DNA of 18,641 nt, taken from the NCBI GenBank assembly GCA_041615815.1, contig JBFJCP010000050.1, positions 1-18,641 of the forward strand, given 5' to 3'. Positions 14,597 to 18,641 of this stretch are shown piece by piece. Made by a program: the position numbers and the translations under genes. The notes beneath the pieces were generated by a model. It saw nothing but the letters and a program-made list of their open reading frames with translations. It did no database searches and was not told where the DNA came from. Positions within the stretch are counted from its first letter, which is position 1. Every line of letters begins with the position of its first letter. This stretch comes from Gemmatimonadales bacterium (GTDB lineage Bacteria > Gemmatimonadota > Gemmatimonadetes > Gemmatimonadales > GWC2-71-9).

Positions 14597-17500
14597 ATGC
14601 GAGGGATCTCTGTGCGCGCAGGGTCAGTGAGACGGACTCGTTTCGTTCCATCTTGGCGTGTCGCGACGGTCACCGCGCTCGTTCTCGTTGCCTGCAAGGA
14701 CGACACGCTGCCCACGGGACCGGTGCCCACGGGTCCTCCGGTCATAGCGTCCGTCGTCGTCAGCCCCTCCAGCCAAGGACTCATCCCAGGCGACAGCACC
14801 CAGCTCTCGGCCGAGGTGCGGGACACCCAGGGCAACGTGCTTCCCAACGAGCCCGTGTCGTGGGCGAGCACCGAGCCCGACATCGTCACGGTGGATGCCG
14901 ATGGTCTGGTACGCGCCGCAACCGAAGGATCGGCGCAGATCACGGCTACCGCAGGCGGCATCATTGGCCTTGCGACGATCCAAGTGGCCAACGTCGTGAT
15001 CTGCGATTGCACCGAGGTATTCGACTCCACCGAGGTCCGTCTCACCGCAGTCGACAGCACCACCGGCATCTACACGTTCGACGTCCTGGCCGGACCCATG
15101 CCGGAGCTGGATACGACGTCGGTGATCGTGGGGGCTCAGGGCGGCGGGTTCCTGCGGAAGGTGAAGGGCGTCTCCAACACTGGGACGCAGATGGTCGTCG
15201 AGACCGAGGACGCCATGCTCACCGACGCGGTGCACAGCGGCGCCTTTGGGACCTCCACGAAGATCGAGTTCCAAGACGATCAGGCGAGCGTCGCGCCAGA
15301 CGGGACCTGGTGGGGACCCACCCAAGTCACGTATCTGGCGCCCGGTGTCACCCCTGACGGTGTCCGTGTCGGGCTCGACGGTGTCACGCTGAGCACCAAA
15401 GCCGTAGGTGCGGACACCAGCGGCCGCGAGGTCTCGGGAACGCTGAGCCTCACGATCAACGAGGGCGACTTCGAGTTCGGGCCCACGCTCGATATCGGTG
15501 GGCGCATTGGCTGGAATTTCATCTTCCCCGAGGTCCGGGAGTTTCACGCCATTGCCGGCGGCGGCGTGAACCTGGACATCCGGGAGTACACGATCAGCGC
15601 GGCGGTGGCGGCCCAGATCAAGGCCGAGAAGACCCTGGTCAAGTCCCTCAAACCGTTTGCCACGGCCATTGGACCGGTACCGGTGGTGGGGGTGGTGGAG
15701 ATGTCGCTCAAGCTCGTGGCGAGCTTCGAGGTAGAAGCGGCGGCCGATCCACTGTTCAAGGGGAAGTTCGGTGCCGGCTACAGTGTGTCTGGGGGAGCGC
15801 GCTACAACGGGAGCTGGCGACCCGTGTTCAGCTCCACTTCACGCTTCGAGTCCGAGATCCGGTTCGAGCCGGACGTGAACCTCAAGGCCACCGTCAAGCT
15901 CTCGCTCGTTCCGGAGCTATTCATCCGGTTCTACGGGGTGGTGGGTCCCTTCACGTCGTTCGAGCCGTATGCCCGTGCCCGTGCGGAGCTGCGCCCCATC
16001 CCGTGGGACTGGCTGCTCGCGATGGATTTGGGGCTGGATTTCAAACTGGGTTTCAAGATCGACATCCTGGGCCTCTTGGGCGCCGAGCTCTCATTGTCCA
16101 TCCCATTGGTGAACCCCCTGCTCCTCGCCGAGGACTACAGCCGCGGACCGCTCGTGGTGACCAACACGACGACCGGATCGGACCGGCCACCGGATTATCC
16201 TCTGCTCTTACGCCCAGACTTCGAAGTGAAGGACCCGGTCATCGCGCGCAAGAATCGAGAGTCCACTCAGGACAGAACCATCGTCCTGAACGCCCCGTAC
16301 GTGTTCAGTGAGGTGCGCACGGGCGTGGCATTCCCGCATCTCGTGCGGTTGGGCCGGATCCAAGGGAACTGCACGGTCACGAGCGTGAGTCCCGTCACCG
16401 TCAGCGTGGCGTCGGATGGACGGATCAATCTCTTCGGCGCCGACTCCACCCGCGCGGGCTTCGACGTGTTTTGTATTCCCTTTGGGAACATGCTCGCGAA
16501 CGTAGTCACGACGGGTGAAGACCTCGATCCCGACGGCTACACGCTGATCTTCGTCCGCACCGACGAACAAGGCACGACCCCCAAGTGGTTCGCAGACGAC
16601 GCGGCCCGTCCGGACACGGCGCGCGTACTCGTACCGAGCGCGAACGCTCAGGTGTTACTCGACTCGCTGATTCCACTCAACCCGCCGCCCGGCAACGGGG
16701 CCAGCGGCACGCATACGTTGTCCTTGCGCGACGTGCGGCGGAACTGTGCTGCCGCGCGGCCCAGCACGCGGGGAGCGACCGCCCTCTCCGGCGACACCGT
16801 GAACGTCACTATCCAGGTTATCTGCATCCCGTTGGGATTCATCCACGCACGCACGGCCACCAGCGATCCAGAACCGGTGCCGCCCTCCGCTCCCGTCACA
16901 TACGAGATCGAGATCGTCGAGGCGCAGACGGCGGAGGCCACGATGTTCACCTTGGGTGCCACCGACGAATCCATCGTACCCGACCTGATCCCGCTGTACA
17001 ACGCGAGCGGCGCGGACGGCGTCCACCGGTTGCGGGTTACGGGTGCTCCCAACCGTTGCCGGCTCGCGGGGACCGCGACGCCGCAGGTCACCGTGCTGAC
17101 TGCGGACACTGCCTTGACCGCGTTCGACGTCGTGTGTGTGGAGCGGCTCCAGGTGAAGGCGCTCACGACGGGCGCGGGCGCGGTACCCGATGGGGGGTTT
17201 GGAATCACGACCGAGACCGTGGGTGACCCCACGGACACCCAACAGGCAACACTGGGCACGGTGGATTCGGTGGGCGTCGCGGCCGTTACACCGGGACGTC
17301 AGTTCGTGACACTCACGGGCCTTCCGGCGAGCTGTCTCGCTCGCTCCGCGGGACGGCGCGTCCCCGAAGGCTCGCAAACGGGATTCCCCGCCCCGGTCTC
17401 GGGTACGGACACCATTACCGTGGACGTCGATGACCGCGACTCGACGCTCGTCCGCTTCGATGTCGACTGTCCGCCGCCCGACGCGCCGCAAGCGCTCACG

Positions 17501-18641
17501 GCCCAGGCCGTGAGCCCCTCGGAGATCGACCTGGCCTGGCAACCACCGAGCGACCCGCTCGGTGTGATCCGGCACTACCGCATCTATCGCGACGGCACGT
17601 TGATCGATTCCACCGAGGTGAACACTACGACGTACGCAGACCAGGGCTTGTCTGCGTTCACCGAGTTCACCTACCAGGTGGCGTCCGTCAACGTGGACGA
17701 TGTCGCAGGCGGGCGTGCGACCGTACGAGCGCGCACGCTCGACGCCACGCCGCCTTCGGCACCGGGCAATCTCACGGCCAACGGTGTGAGTGCCACCCGC
17801 ATCGATCTGGCGTGGAATCCCGCCCAGGACCCGGAGACCGGTATCGTGGCCTACGTGATCGAGCGCGACGGCGTCGAGATCGCAACGACAGGTCCAGGCA
17901 CGGTCACCTTCAGCGATACGGAACTCGCGCCTGGCACGTCGTTCAGCTACACGGTCTTCGCCGTGAACGGTCAAGGTCTCACCGGCACCCCGGCCGGCCC
18001 GGTCACGGGCACCACGCTCGCGTTGGGCGATCTCGTGGTTGCCACGACCACCAGCGGGGAGGATCCCGATCCCGATGGCTACACCGTGACGGTGGACGGC
18101 TCACAGAGCCAGTCCGTCGACGCCACGGGCAGCGTCACCTTCGTCGATCTGCTAGAGGGCGAGCACACGGTGGAGCTGACCCGCGTGGCCGCCAACTGCA
18201 TGGTGACTGGCGAGAATCCCCGCACGGTGACGGTCCCACCGAACGGGACGAGCGAGACGACGTTCGCCGTGGAATGCGCTGCGACCACCGGCGCGCTCGA
18301 CGTGACCGCTGCAACCACAGGCATCGAAGTGGACTCGGACGGCTACACCGTCACGGTGGACGGAGTAACGACCCAAGCCGTCACGATCGACGGCACCGTC
18401 ACGTTCACCGGACTGGCAGCGGGCAACCACTCGGTGGAGCTGGGTGACGTGGCGGCCAACTGCATGGTGACGGGTGAGAATCCGCGCACCGTGACGGTCC
18501 CGGCGGGTGGAACAACCCAGACGACGTTCGCCGTGGAATGCGCTGCGACCACCGGCGCGCTCGACGTGACCGCTGCAACCACAGGCATCGAAGTGGACTC
18601 GGACGGCTACACCGTCACGGTGGACGGAGTAACGACCCAAG
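14597..18641 (+). CDS. Large modular surface lipoprotein (Ig-like group 2 domain, unknown beta-rich domain, Cys-bracketed beta-sandwich repeats, 2 x FN3); 3' end off the window
   Basis: Not in the ORF track because there is no stop in the window; the frame, read by hand, is open from ATG 14597 to the end. Alternative starts are GTG 14612 and GTG 14627. Basic N-region and lipobox 'VTALVLVA-C' (Cys codon 14693). Ig-like domain 'VVVSPS...GDSTQLSAEVRD...VSWAS...IVTVDADGLVRA...GSAQITATAGG'. FN3 domains 'IDLAW...YRIYRDG...GL...TEFTYQV' and 'IDLAWN...YVIERDG...LAPGTSFSYTVFAVN' at about 17471-18019. Confidence 0.9.
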   Translation, partial: MRGISVRAGSVRRTRFVPSWRVATVTALVLVACKDDTLPTGPVPTGPPVIASVVVSPSSQGLIPGDSTQLSAEVRDTQGNVLPNEPVSWASTEPDIVTVDADGLVRAATEGSAQITATAGGIIGLATIQVANVVICDCTEVFDSTEVRLTAVDSTTGIYTFDVLAGPMPELDTTSVIVGAQGGGFLRKVKGVSNTGTQMVVETEDAMLTDAVHSGAFGTSTKIEFQDDQASVAPDGTWWGPTQVTYLAPGVTPDGVRVGLDGVTLSTKAVGADTSGREVSGTLSLTINEGDFEFGPTLDIGGRIGWNFIFPEVREFHAIAGGGVNLDIREYTISAAVAAQIKAEKTLVKSLKPFATAIGPVPVVGVVEMSLKLVASFEVEAAADPLFKGKFGAGYSVSGGARYNGSWRPVFSSTSRFESEIRFEPDVNLKATVKLSLVPELFIRFYGVVGPFTSFEPYARARAELRPIPWDWLLAMDLGLDFKLGFKIDILGLLGAELSLSIPLVNPLLLAEDYSRGPLVVTNTTTGSDRPPDYPLLLRPDFEVKDPVIARKNRESTQDRTIVLNAPYVFSEVRTGVAFPHLVRLGRIQGNCTVTSVSPVTVSVASDGRINLFGADSTRAGFDVFCIPFGNMLANVVTTGEDLDPDGYTLIFVRTDEQGTTPKWFADDAARPDTARVLVPSANAQVLLDSLIPLNPPPGNGASGTHTLSLRDVRRNCAAARPSTRGATALSGDTVNVTIQVICIPLGFIHARTATSDPEPVPPSAPVTYEIEIVEAQTAEATMFTLGATDESIVPDLIPLYNASGADGVHRLRVTGAPNRCRLAGTATPQVTVLTADTALTAFDVVCVERLQVKALTTGAGAVPDGGFGITTETVGDPTDTQQATLGTVDSVGVAAVTPGRQFVTLTGLPASCLARSAGRRVPEGSQTGFPAPVSGTDTITVDVDDRDSTLVRFDVDCPPPDAPQALTAQAVSPSEIDLAWQPPSDPLGVIRHYRIYRDGTLIDSTEVNTTTYADQGLSAFTEFTYQVASVNVDDVAGGRATVRARTLDATPPSAPGNLTANGVSATRIDLAWNPAQDPETGIVAYVIERDGVEIATTGPGTVTFSDTELAPGTSFSYTVFAVNGQGLTGTPAGPVTGTTLALGDLVVATTTSGEDPDPDGYTVTVDGSQSQSVDATGSVTFVDLLEGEHTVELTRVAANCMVTGENPRTVTVPPNGTSETTFAVECAATTGALDVTAATTGIEVDSDGYTVTVDGVTTQAVTIDGTVTFTGLAAGNHSVELGDVAANCMVTGENPRTVTVPAGGTTQTTFAVECAATTGALDVTAATTGIEVDSDGYTVTVDGVTTQ
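18026..18641 (+). repeat. Intragenic tandem repeat, 264-bp (88-aa) unit, at least 2.3 copies
   Basis: Units start at 18026, 18290 and 18554. Segment 18255-18377 is identical to 18519-18641 over 123 bp. Each full unit reads G.L.V...T.G...D.DGYTVTVDG...G.H.VEL..VAANCMVTGENPRTVTVP..GT..TTFAVEC. Confidence 0.97.

Noticed and set aside
14428..18640. Many track ORFs on both strands across the right-hand 4 kb
   Set aside because: All are shadows or off-frame readings of the single open lipoprotein frame.
18026..18641. CRISPR array or diversity-generating retroelement template/variable repeat pair
   Set aside because: The unit is 264 bp, in frame and has no spacers. Differences between units are not confined to adenines, and no reverse transcriptase or cas gene is in the window.
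1..18641. Mobile element, prophage, defence system or selenoprotein recoding
   Set aside because: No transposase, integrase, nuclease or phage motifs were seen. No in-frame TGA interrupts a recognised domain.

Overview
GC-rich bacterial chromosomal window. It is probably Gemmatimonadota-like, inferred from the orphan duplicated permease and the Cys-bracketed repeat surface protein. I read 13 protein genes and found no rRNA, tRNA, CRISPR array, transposase or integrase. In order: a partial CPA2 (Kef-type) antiporter (-); an exported TAP-like alpha/beta hydrolase (+); a divergent five-gene cluster of [TIGR04076 Cys protein - NhaC-family transporter - HAD hydrolase](-) and [aldo/keto reductase - exported amidohydrolase](+); a two-discoidin/SUN-like-domain plus OmpA_C protein (-); an ADOP-type orphan ABC permease with an ECF-type promoter (-); a TauD/TfdA dioxygenase (-); a DedA/VTT protein (-); an unknown membrane protein (+); and a lipoprotein of more than 1340 aa with Ig-like, FN3 and 88-aa Cys-bracketed repeats that runs off the right end. 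The first and last genes are missing from the supplied ORF track. The best candidate for an undescribed system is the TIGR04076/AKR/NhaC/amidohydrolase/HAD cluster, whose AKR has Ala at the catalytic His position. All family calls come from recognising motifs by eye; no searches were run.
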